Shown here piece by piece: positions 10,946 to 20,659 of a DNA stretch of 64,000 nucleotides. The stretch's first letter is position 1, and each line of letters begins with the position of its first letter. Where the stretch lies: contig CAVUSO010000001.1 in assembly GCA_963744145.1 (NCBI GenBank), positions 1,312,001 to 1,376,000 on the forward strand, written 5' to 3'. Source of the DNA: an uncultured cyanobacterium (lineage in GTDB: Bacteria > Cyanobacteriota > Cyanobacteriia > Cyanobacteriales > CAWUOF01). The notes beneath the pieces were generated by a model. The model was not told the origin of the DNA. It was given only the letters and a program-made list of their open reading frames with translations, and did no database searches. The position numbers and the translations under genes were made by a program.

Positions 10946-11800
10946 ATGAAAGATTCTGAATATAGTCTAGAAAAAGATTTATTGAAGCAAGCGATTCTCC
11001 ATCGCAGTGTGTCGGAAGTAGAACAGATTACTAATAAGTTGGGAGATCATCTTTCTGCTCAAGAAATTGGTTCGCTGTTGTTTGAGCTGATTAAAACTCT
11101 TCCTGCGGTCGATATGGCTTGGTGTTACGCAAATCTACTTCCACCAGAAGCTTGGGAGGAAATGCAGCAAGAAGCGTTAGGTACTCTATGCGAGATTTTA
11201 CTGGAAAAAGGGATGCGTCCTGGTAGGGATTTTAGCACTAGGGTGGATGGGATTAATCTCAGTCTAGCCGCTAAAGCCAGTTTGCTCGAAGATATCCCGG
11301 AAGATTCCTTATCGATGTTTGAGGATTTGATTGCGACAGGAGCAATCATAGTTCAGGATAAGTCTTCGATTCAGCTCCTTGAAGAACGTTTAGGTATGCC
11401 TTTTATCGATAATTTACTCCAACGAATTGAACAGCGTTTACCTAGTTTATCCGATCAGGAGGCGGCTACCTACTTTTGTAGCATTTTTCAAGGAGTAGAA
11501 GCAAGGACGGGTATCCCGATGTTAGATCTACTCGCGGGCCATTTTCACGCTGATTTGCGCTTTGCTAAAATTTTTGAGGTGATTCAATCTGGGGAATTAG
11601 TCGAAAATAACGATTGGGTTTTTGATCTAGTTGCAGCACTCGGAGGTGAATCGGAATTTTTACCCGATCCTCTCGATCCCGAACAAAAAATTCTCACCGA
11701 TCGCGGTAATGAACTCTTAGCTTTGGTTTATCAAGAAGAAATTCCCTTTTTTCCTTTCGTTGATGATGATGGGGAAGAAGGTATTATTGCAGAATCTTAA
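10946..11800 (+). CDS. hypothetical acidic helical protein
   Basis: 284-aa ORF; no motif recognised. Confidence 0.7.
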   Translation: MKDSEYSLEKDLLKQAILHRSVSEVEQITNKLGDHLSAQEIGSLLFELIKTLPAVDMAWCYANLLPPEAWEEMQQEALGTLCEILLEKGMRPGRDFSTRVDGINLSLAAKASLLEDIPEDSLSMFEDLIATGAIIVQDKSSIQLLEERLGMPFIDNLLQRIEQRLPSLSDQEAATYFCSIFQGVEARTGIPMLDLLAGHFHADLRFAKIFEVIQSGELVENNDWVFDLVAALGGESEFLPDPLDPEQKILTDRGNELLALVYQEEIPFFPFVDDDGEEGIIAES

Positions 11801-11995
11801 ATTCGATCATTAGGGTAGCGATCGCTATTTCTAGTCTGATGATTTTGGAGGCGATCGCTTGATCTCTAAATTTTGATAATTTGACATTTGGCGACATCTA
11901 TGTTATCTTTAGCATAATCAGGAAGAATTATCAAATAAATTTTACCATTAGCGCTAATTCCTAAATAATATCGAAGTGTCCGGGTTAGACATATT

Positions 11996-14173
11996 ATGAA
12001 TCTCATCAAACAATATTACACCCGGATGATCAAGAGGTTACCACTGCGTTTATTGCTGATTGTTCCCTTTGTCCTGGAAATTGTAGGAGTTGTGGGACTG
12101 ACGGGTTATCTCAGTATCCGTAATGGTCAGAATGCTGTGACTAAACTTGCGATCGAACTCCGTCAAGAAATTAGCGATCGCACTAAGGAGAAAATTCTGT
12201 TTTTTTTAGATAAACCTTACAGCACTATTCAAATGCTGAATAGGATGATTGGAACAGAAACAATTAACCTAAATAATCTGGAAAATTTACAGAATATTTT
12301 CTGGCATTTACTGAATAATGATTCTTTAGAAAATCTGATATTTGCCACTCCTAAAGGTACGGGTGTAACGTTTTCCATTACAGCAGATCACCAGATTCTT
12401 GCTAGCATAATTGATGATTCTAAATTATATATTCGTCGAATCTATCGTCTTGATGATCAAGGTCATCCAGCAGAATTAATTGAAACTCAGAAATATGACG
12501 CTAGGACTCGTGATTGGTATCAAAATGCGATTAAAGCTGGTCAACTGATCTGGAATGATTTTTTTATCGCTGCTTCGACTAAGGTAGTGTCAATTTCCCT
12601 TTCTCAACCTATCTACAATCAAAACAAACAATTATTAGGAGTTGCCAATATATCCTTTCACATCCAACAGATTTATCAATTTTTACAAAGTGTGAAAGTC
12701 AGTCAAACTGGACAAATTTTTATTATTGATCGTCAGGGGAATTTAATCGCAAGTTCAGTTATTGCTGAACCTTATCTGATTAAAGGTAAAGAAATCAAGC
12801 AAATTCCCGGCACCAAAATTGATAACCTCATGATTCGCTCCACCACCCAAATGATCTGGCAACATTTTCCGGATCTGACTAAAATTAATCGGAGTGAGCA
12901 ATTAGATTTTCAGCTCAATGGGGAACGGGTATTTGTGCAAATTTCACCCCTCCAGGATGGGAGAGGAATTGATTGGTTAAATGTGGTGGTTGTTCCTGAA
13001 TCTGATTTCATGTCCGAAATTACTGCGAATACACACACTACTATTCTGATCTGTTTAATTGCCTTAATTATAGCAATTATTATGGGAATCTATACCGCCC
13101 AATGGTTGACTAAACCAATTCTGAAATTACATCAAGCTGCTCTCGCGATCGCCACTGGTCAGTTAGACCAAACCGTAGAAACACCCCAGATTCAGGAACT
13201 GGAAACTTTAGCATCTGCTTTTAATTATATGGCTAAACAGCTCCGAGAATCCTTTACGGAATTAGCCCAAATTAATGAACAATTAGAAGTAAAAGTAGCG
13301 ACCAGAACTAGCGAACTTCAGGATACTCTCACCCACCTAAAATCTACCCAAGCTCAACTGATTCAATCGGAAAAAATCTCCAGTTTAGGTAAATTAGTCG
13401 CGGGAATTGCCCATGAAATTAATAATCCTACCAGTTTTATTCATGGTAATCTTATTCATCTGAGTGAATATATTGACAATCTCCTCGAGTTAATTGCACT
13501 CTATCAAACTGAAATTCCCGATAAGTCAGCCGCAATTACTAATAAAACTGCTGACATAGATTTAGAATTTATCCAAGCAGATGTGGTGAAATTACTCACT
13601 TCGATGAAAAGTGGTACGGAAAGAATTAAAGCAATTGTCCTCTCTCTCCGCAATTTTTCCCGACTGGATGAGTCCCAAATTAAAACTGTCAATATTCATG
13701 ATGGGATTGACAGTACCCTCCTAATCTTACAATATCGTCTCCACTCTCAATCCCACGATCCGGACATTGAAGTTATTCGTCATTATGGTAATCTACCCCT
13801 GATCGAATGCTATCCTGGACAGCTTAATCAAGTCTTGATGAATATTTTAAGTAATGCGATCGATGCTCTAGAAGAATCTTACCTCAACTCTACTCAACTT
13901 CATCCTCAAATTCAAATTCGCACTACTCTGATTACTCCTGAGTCGATCGCAATTGCGATCGCAGATAATGGACCTGGAATTCCTGAATCTGTTCAATCCC
14001 ACATCTTTGACCCATTTTTTACGACCAAACCTGTGGGTAAAGGGACAGGAATGGGATTATCTATTAGTTATCAGATTATTGTGGAACAACATCACGGTCA
14101 ACTTAAATGTCATTCTACCTTCGGACAAGGTACGGAATTTATCATTCAAATCCCCATTCATCAACCTAACTGA
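11996..14173 (+). CDS. dCache-HAMP sensor histidine kinase, tandem copy 1
   Basis: two TM helices, YDARTRDWY Cache motif, HAMP, AHEINNP H-box, DNGPG and [15 protein letters not shown]ase boxes. Confidence 0.92.
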   Translation: MNLIKQYYTRMIKRLPLRLLLIVPFVLEIVGVVGLTGYLSIRNGQNAVTKLAIELRQEISDRTKEKILFFLDKPYSTIQMLNRMIGTETINLNNLENLQNIFWHLLNNDSLENLIFATPKGTGVTFSITADHQILASIIDDSKLYIRRIYRLDDQGHPAELIETQKYDARTRDWYQNAIKAGQLIWNDFFIAASTKVVSISLSQPIYNQNKQLLGVANISFHIQQIYQFLQSVKVSQTGQIFIIDRQGNLIASSVIAEPYLIKGKEIKQIPGTKIDNLMIRSTTQMIWQHFPDLTKINRSEQLDFQLNGERVFVQISPLQDGRGIDWLNVVVVPESDFMSEITANTHTTILICLIALIIAIIMGIYTAQWLTKPILKLHQAALAIATGQLDQTVETPQIQELETLASAFNYMAKQLRESFTELAQINEQLEVKVATRTSELQDTLTHLKSTQAQLIQSEKISSLGKLVAGIAHEINNPTSFIHGNLIHLSEYIDNLLELIALYQTEIPDKSAAITNKTADIDLEFIQADVVKLLTSMKSGTERIKAIVLSLRNFSRLDESQIKTVNIHDGIDSTLLILQYRLHSQSHDPDIEVIRHYGNLPLIECYPGQLNQVLMNILSNAIDALEESYLNSTQLHPQIQIRTTLITPESIAIAIADNGPGIPESVQSHIFDPFFTTKPVGKGTGMGLSISYQIIVEQHHGQLKCHSTFGQGTEFIIQIPIHQPN

Positions 14174-14500
14174 AACTCTGCTCACTAATTTATCTGTAAT
14201 CTTATCTCATCCTCCCATTAATGGCGATCGCATCTTCAAATTACTCCTCCTAAAGTGGAATTTTATTCTTGGCAAATATTGTCAATTTTTGGTGGAATTA
14301 CGCTTGACATTATTTTGCAAGCTATGTTATAGTCAATTTGATAAGGAAGAAATATTTAAACTCAATATCCAGATCAATCTAGCCAAGTCCCGATATTTTT
14401 TGTGCCTATTATCAATTATTTCCTGATATTTTAGATTCAAATTTAACAGGTTCTCAGCTAGAACCTAACTAAGATAGTATATATCTAGTGAAGAAATATT

Positions 14501-16678
14501 ATGAATCCGCTCAAAGAATATTATTTTCAGATCAGCAAACAATTACCCATCCGTTTACTACTAATTATTCCTTTTGTATTAGAAATTGTGGGGACTGTGG
14601 GACTGACGGGTTATCTCAACATCCGTAATGGTCAGAATGCTGTGACTAAACTTGCGATCGAACTCCGTCAAGAAATTAGCGATCGCACTAACGAGAAAAT
14701 TCTGTTTTTTTTAGATAAACCTTACACCATTATTCAAATGGTGAATAGGATGATTGGAACACAACAAATTGACCCAAATAATCTCGAAAATTTGCGAAAT
14801 ATTTTCTGGCATTTATTGAGTGATAATTCTTTAGAAAATTTGATATTTATCAATCATCAAGGTACGGGTGTAACGTTTTCTACTACAGCAGATCACCAGG
14901 TTTTTGCTAGTATAATTGATGGTAATAAGTCACATATTCGTCAAATTTATCGTCTTGATGATCAAGGTCATCCAGCAGAATTAATTGAAACTCAGAAATA
15001 TGACCCTCTGACTCGTGATTGGTATCAAAACGCCATTAAATCTGGTCAACCGATCTGGAGTGATTTTTTTATCGCTAGTGCAATTAAGGAAGTTAAAATT
15101 GCGCTTTCTCAAGCTGTCTACAATCAAAACAAACAATTATTAGGAGTTGCTAGTACATCCTTTTACCTCGAACAGATTTATCAATTTTTACAAAGTGTGA
15201 AAGTCAGTCAAACTGGACAAATTTTTATTATTGATCGCCAGGGGAATTTAATCGCAAGTTCAGTTATTGCTGAACCTTATCTGATTAAAGGTAAAGAAAT
15301 CAAGCAAATTCCCGGCACCAAAATTGATAACCTCATGATTCGCTCCACCACCCAAATGATCTGGCAACATTTTCCGGATCTGACTAAAATTAATCGGAGT
15401 GAGCAATTAGATTTTCAGCTCAATGGGGAACGGGTATTTGTGCAAATTTCACCCCTCCAGGATGGGAGAGGAATTGATTGGTTAAATGTGGTGGTTGTCC
15501 CTGAATCTGATTTCATGTCCGAAATTACTGCGAATACACACACTACTATTCTGATCTGTTTAATTGCCTTAATTATAGCAATTATTATGGGAATCTATAC
15601 CTCCCAATGGTTGACTAAACCAATTTTGAAATTACATCAAGCTGCTCTCGCGATCGCCACTGGTCAGTTAGACCAAACCTTAGAAACACCCCAGATTCAG
15701 GAACTGGAAACTTTAGCATCTGCTTTTAATTATATGGCTAAACAGCTCCGAGAATTCTTTACGGAATTAGCCCAAATTAATGAACAATTAGAAGTAAAAG
15801 TAGCGACCAGAACTAGCGAACTTCAGGATACTCTCACCCACCTAAAATCTACCCAAGCTCAACTGATTCAATCGGAAAAAATCTCCAGTTTAGGTAAATT
15901 AGTCGCGGGGATTGCTCATGAAATTAATAATCCTACCAGTTTTATTCATGGTAATCTTGTCCATCTGAGTGAATACATTGATAATCTGTTAGAGTTAATC
16001 TCACTCTATCAAACTGAAATTCCCCATGAGTCAGCTACAATTACTAATAAAGTTGCTGACATAGATTTAGAATTTATCCAAGCAGATGTGGTGAAAATCC
16101 TCGCTTCGATGAAAAGTGGTACGGAAAGAATTAAAGCAATTGTCCTCTCTCTCCGCAATTTTTCCCGACTGGATGAGTCCCAAATTAAAACTGTCAATAT
16201 TCATGATGGGATTGACAGTACCCTCCTGATCTTACAATATCGTCTCCACTCTCAATCCCACGATCCGGACATTGAAGTTATTCGTCATTATGGTAATTTA
16301 CCCCTGATCGAATGCTATCCTGAACAACTTAATCAAGTCTTGATGAATATTTTAAGTAATGCGATCGATGTTCTAGAAGAATCTTATCTCAAATCCACTC
16401 AACTTCACCCTCAAATTTACATTCGCACTACTCTGATTACTCCTGAGTCGATCGCAATTGCGATCGCAGATAATGGACCTGGAATTCCTGAATCTGTTCA
16501 ATCCCACATCTTTGACCCATTTTTTACGACCAAACCTGTGGGTAAAGGGACAGGAATGGGATTATCTATTAGTTATCAGATTATTGTGGAACAACATCAC
16601 GGTCAACTTAAATGTCATTCTACCTTCGGACAAGGTACGGAATTTATCATTCAAATCCCCATTCATCAATCTAACTGA
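14501..16678 (+). CDS. dCache-HAMP sensor histidine kinase, tandem copy 2
   Basis: same 725-aa architecture, starts 2505 bp after copy 1. Confidence 0.92.
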   Translation: MNPLKEYYFQISKQLPIRLLLIIPFVLEIVGTVGLTGYLNIRNGQNAVTKLAIELRQEISDRTNEKILFFLDKPYTIIQMVNRMIGTQQIDPNNLENLRNIFWHLLSDNSLENLIFINHQGTGVTFSTTADHQVFASIIDGNKSHIRQIYRLDDQGHPAELIETQKYDPLTRDWYQNAIKSGQPIWSDFFIASAIKEVKIALSQAVYNQNKQLLGVASTSFYLEQIYQFLQSVKVSQTGQIFIIDRQGNLIASSVIAEPYLIKGKEIKQIPGTKIDNLMIRSTTQMIWQHFPDLTKINRSEQLDFQLNGERVFVQISPLQDGRGIDWLNVVVVPESDFMSEITANTHTTILICLIALIIAIIMGIYTSQWLTKPILKLHQAALAIATGQLDQTLETPQIQELETLASAFNYMAKQLREFFTELAQINEQLEVKVATRTSELQDTLTHLKSTQAQLIQSEKISSLGKLVAGIAHEINNPTSFIHGNLVHLSEYIDNLLELISLYQTEIPHESATITNKVADIDLEFIQADVVKILASMKSGTERIKAIVLSLRNFSRLDESQIKTVNIHDGIDSTLLILQYRLHSQSHDPDIEVIRHYGNLPLIECYPEQLNQVLMNILSNAIDVLEESYLKSTQLHPQIYIRTTLITPESIAIAIADNGPGIPESVQSHIFDPFFTTKPVGKGTGMGLSISYQIIVEQHHGQLKCHSTFGQGTEFIIQIPIHQSN

Positions 16679-19087
16679 AACTCTGCTCACTAATTTATCT
16701 GTAATCTGATCTCATCCTCCCATTAATGGCGATCGCATCTTCAAATTACTCCTCCTAAAGTGGAATTTTATTCTTGGCAAATATTATCAATTTTTGGTGG
16801 AATTACGCTTGACATTATTTTGCAAGCTATGTTATATTTAACTTGATAAGGAAGAAATATTTAAACTCAATATCCAGATCAATCTAGCCAAGTCCCGATA
16901 TTTTTTGTGCCTATTATCAATTATTTCCTGATATTTTAGATTCAAATTTAACAGGATCTCAGCTAGAACCTAACTAAGATAGTATATATCTAGTGAAGAA
17001 ATATTATGAATCCGCTCAAAGAATATTATTTTCAGATCAGCAAACAATTACCCATCCGTTTACTACTAATTATTCCTTTTGTATTGGAAATTGTCGGAAC
17101 CGTGGGACTAACTGGTTATCTCAGCATCCGTAATGGTCAGAATGCTGTAACTAAAATTGCGACCGAACTTCGTCAAGAAATTAGCGATCGCACTAACGAG
17201 AAAATTCTGTTTTTTTTAGATAAATCTTATAGCATTAGTCAAATGCTGACTACGATGATTGGAACAGAACAAATTGATCTAAATAATCTGAAAAACTTAC
17301 AGAATTTTTTTTGGCATTTACTGAATAATAATTCTTTAGAAAATGTGATATTTGCCACTCCTAAAGGTGCAGCTGTAACGTTTTCCATGATAGCAGATCA
17401 CCAGATTCTTGCTAGCATAATTGATGATACTAAGTCATATATTCGTCCAGTTTATCGTCTTGATGATCAAGGTCACCCAGCAGAATTAGTTGAAACTCGG
17501 AAATATGACGCTAGGACTCGTGCTTGGTATAAAAATGCGATTAAAACTGGTCAGATCAGCTGGAGTGATTTTTCTCTCACCTCTTCGAGTAAGGTAGTTG
17601 CAATTTCCCTTTCTCAACCTATCTACAATCGAAACAAACAATTATTAGGAGTTGTTAATACAGCCTTTCATATGGAACAGATTTATCAATTTTTACAAAA
17701 TGTGAAAGTTAGTCAAACTGGACAAATTTTTATTATTGATCGTCAGGGAAATTTAATCGCTAGTTCCGTAATTGCTCAACCTTATGTAATTAAAGATCAA
17801 GAAATTAAGCAAATTCCTGGCACCAAAATTGATAACCTCATGATTCGCTCCACCACCCAAATGATCTGGCAACATTTTCCGGATCTGACTAAAATTAATC
17901 GGAGTGAGCAATTAGATTTTCAGCTCAATGGGGAACGGGTATTTGTGCAAATTTCACCCCTCCGGGATGGGAGAGGAATTGATTGGTTAAATGTGGTGGT
18001 TGTCCCTGAATCTGATTTCATGTCCGAAATTATTGCAAATACACGAACTACTATTCTGATCTGTTTAATTGCCTTAATTATAGCAATTATTATGGGAATC
18101 TATACCTCCCAATGGTTGACTAAACCAATTCTGAAATTACATCAAGCTGCTCTCGCGATCGCCACTGGTCAGTTAGACCAAACCGTAGAAATATCCCAGA
18201 TTCAGGAACTGGAAACTTTAGCATCTGCTTTTAATTATATGGCTAAACAGCTCCGAGAATCCTTTACAGAATTAGCCCAAATTAATGAACAATTAGAAGT
18301 AAAAGTAGCGACCAGAACTAGCGAACTTCAGGATACTCTCACCCACCTAAAATCTACCCAAGCTCAACTGATTCAATCGGAAAAAATCTCCAGTTTAGGT
18401 AAATTAGTCGCGGGAATTGCCCATGAAATTAATAATCCTACCAGTTTTATTCATGGTAATCTTATCCATCTGAGTGAATATATTGACAATCTCCTCGAGT
18501 TAATTGCACTCTATCAAACTGAAATTCCCGATAAGTCAGCCGCAATTACTAATAAAATTGCTGACATAGATTTAGAATTTATCCAAGCAGATGTGGTGAA
18601 ATTACTCACTTCGATGAAAAGTGGTACGGAAAGAATTAAAGCAATTGTCCTCTCTCTCCGCAATTTTTCCCGACTGGATGAGTCCCAAATTAAAACTGTC
18701 AATATTCATGATGGGATTGACAGTACCCTCCTGATCTTACAATATCGTCTCCACTCTCAATCCCACGATCCGGACATTGAAGTTATTCGTCATTATGGTA
18801 ATCTACCCCTGATCGAATGCTATCCTGGACAGCTTAATCAAGTCTTGATGAATATTTTAAGTAATGCGATCGATGCTCTAGAAGAATCTTACCTCAACTC
18901 TACTCAACTTCATCCTCAAATTCAAATTCGCACTACTCTGATTACTCCTGAGTCGATCGCAATTGCGATCGCAGATAATGAACCCGGAATTCCTGAGTCA
19001 ATCCAACTGCAAATCTTTGATCCATTTTTTACGACCAAACCTGTGGGTAAAGGGACAGGAATGGGATTATCTATTAGTTATCAGATA

Positions 19088-20235
19088 AGAATCTCCAAAA
19101 TTTAAACTTCGTGCTAAAATAAGAAAAAATATCGTCAAGTTGGTCAAAAGGTTAGAGCTAATGAGCCTGATATTAGAATACCTGGAAAAGCATCCCAAAG
19201 AGGCAAACGTCTAATTGGAATTACGGCTGAACAATTTCAGCAATTATGCGGTCATGCAGAAATTTTGGTCAAGCAAAAACAAGAGAAAATTGAAACTAAG
19301 AAAATTCGGATTAATCGTCAAGGAGCTGGTTGTAAATCCAAACTTTCAATCAAAGAACAAGTATTGTTAACCTTGGTATATTTGTCCCAATTTCCGACTT
19401 TTCAATACTTAGGTATTCAATTTGAAGTGAGCGAGTCTACCGCACATAACATTTTTCATGAGTGGGTGATTACTTTGGGAGAGTTACTACCAGCAACTCT
19501 GTTAGAACAATTGAAAAAAAAAGAGACAGATTACGAATTAGTGCAAGAAATATTGACTCAGTATGAATTAATCGTAGATAGCGCTGAACAGCCGATAGAA
19601 AGACCATCTGACTACGAAGAGCAGAAAAAATTCTTTTCAGGAAAAAAGAAAAGGCATACCAGAAAAACTCAATTTATTGTTTTGCCTAAAGCCAAAGATA
19701 TTGTCGATCTAAAAGTAGGTGACCCTGGTCCAAAAAGCGATATTAATCAATTTCGAGAACGGCAAAAAGAATTTAGGAGTGAGCAAAAATTCCGAGGAGA
19801 TAAAGCTTATATAGGAGCTGAACAAATATCTACTCCCCACAAAAAACCGAAAAATCGTCAATTAACTGAACAGCAAAATGAGGAAAATCAAAAATCTGCA
19901 CAGAAACGTATTTATGTGGAACATGTAATTAGATTAGTAAAAATCTTCCGCATCGCTCAAGAAAGATTTCGACTGAGGGCGAAAAATTATGAGCAAGTTA
20001 TTCGGCTGGTATGTGGGTTAGTAAGACTCCGAATTGAAGCCTTAGTTCTGTCGAGGTTATCTACTGAGTAAATAGTCTGAATATGAAGTGAATTCAATTT
20101 TCTATATTTTGGCAAGTTTTTAACAACAAATGCTTCAAATGCTTATAATCTCGTAATTCAACCTTGCATTAAAAAAGTAAGCAAAAACTACCAAATTATT
20201 ACCCACAAAGAACTTCCTAATTTTTGGAGATGTCT
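19088..20235 (+). mobile_element. IS5-family (ISL2/IS702-like) insertion sequence, ~1148 bp
   Basis: imperfect TIRs AGAATCTCCAAAATT / AATTTTTGGAGATGTCT; limits defined by comparison with the uninterrupted kinase copies. Confidence 0.85.
19161..20071 (+). pseudogene. IS5-family DDE transposase with a 1-nt frameshift near 19206
   Basis: ATG 19161 MSLILEYLEKHPKEA then a shift into RLIGI…; HTH region, VDSAEQPIERP, FSGKKK, GDKAYIG, RIYVEHVI. Confidence 0.8.
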
Positions 20236-20659
20236 ATTGTGGAACAACATCATGGTCAACTTAAATGTCATTCTACCCTCGGACAAGGTACGGAATTTAT
20301 CATTCAAATCCCCATTCATCAACCTAACTGAAACTCTGCTCACTAATTTATCTGTAATCTTATCTCATCCTCCCATTAATGGCGATCGCATCTTCAAATT
20401 ACTTTGCCCAAAGTGTCATCTTATTCTTGGCAAATATTGTCAATTTTTGGTAGAATTACGCTTGACATTACTTTCAGAGTAGTGTTATAGTTAAGTTGAT
20501 AAGGAAGAACTATTTAAACTCAAAGTCTAGATAAATTTGGCCAAGTTCCAGTATTTTTTTATGCCTATAATCAATTATTTCTTGATATTTTAGATTCAAT
20601 TTTAACAATATCTCAGCTAGAGCCTAACTAAGATAATAGATATCTAGTGAAGAAATATT

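Larger units (their letters stand above)
17006..20331 (+). pseudogene. dCache-HAMP sensor histidine kinase copy 3, interrupted by an IS (5' part 17006-19087, 3' part 20236-20331)
   Basis: colinear with copy 1 to …ISYQI, resumes IVEQHHGQLKCHST…HQPN* after the IS; G1 box also mutated DNGPG>DNEPG. Confidence 0.9.

Noticed and set aside
13953..14426. Alternative-frame ORFs recurring at kinase 3' ends (also 16458, 20237; antisense 13504, 16009, 18514)
   Set aside because: Shadow ORFs repeated only because the DNA is duplicated; stop positions of the + strand ones differ between copies.
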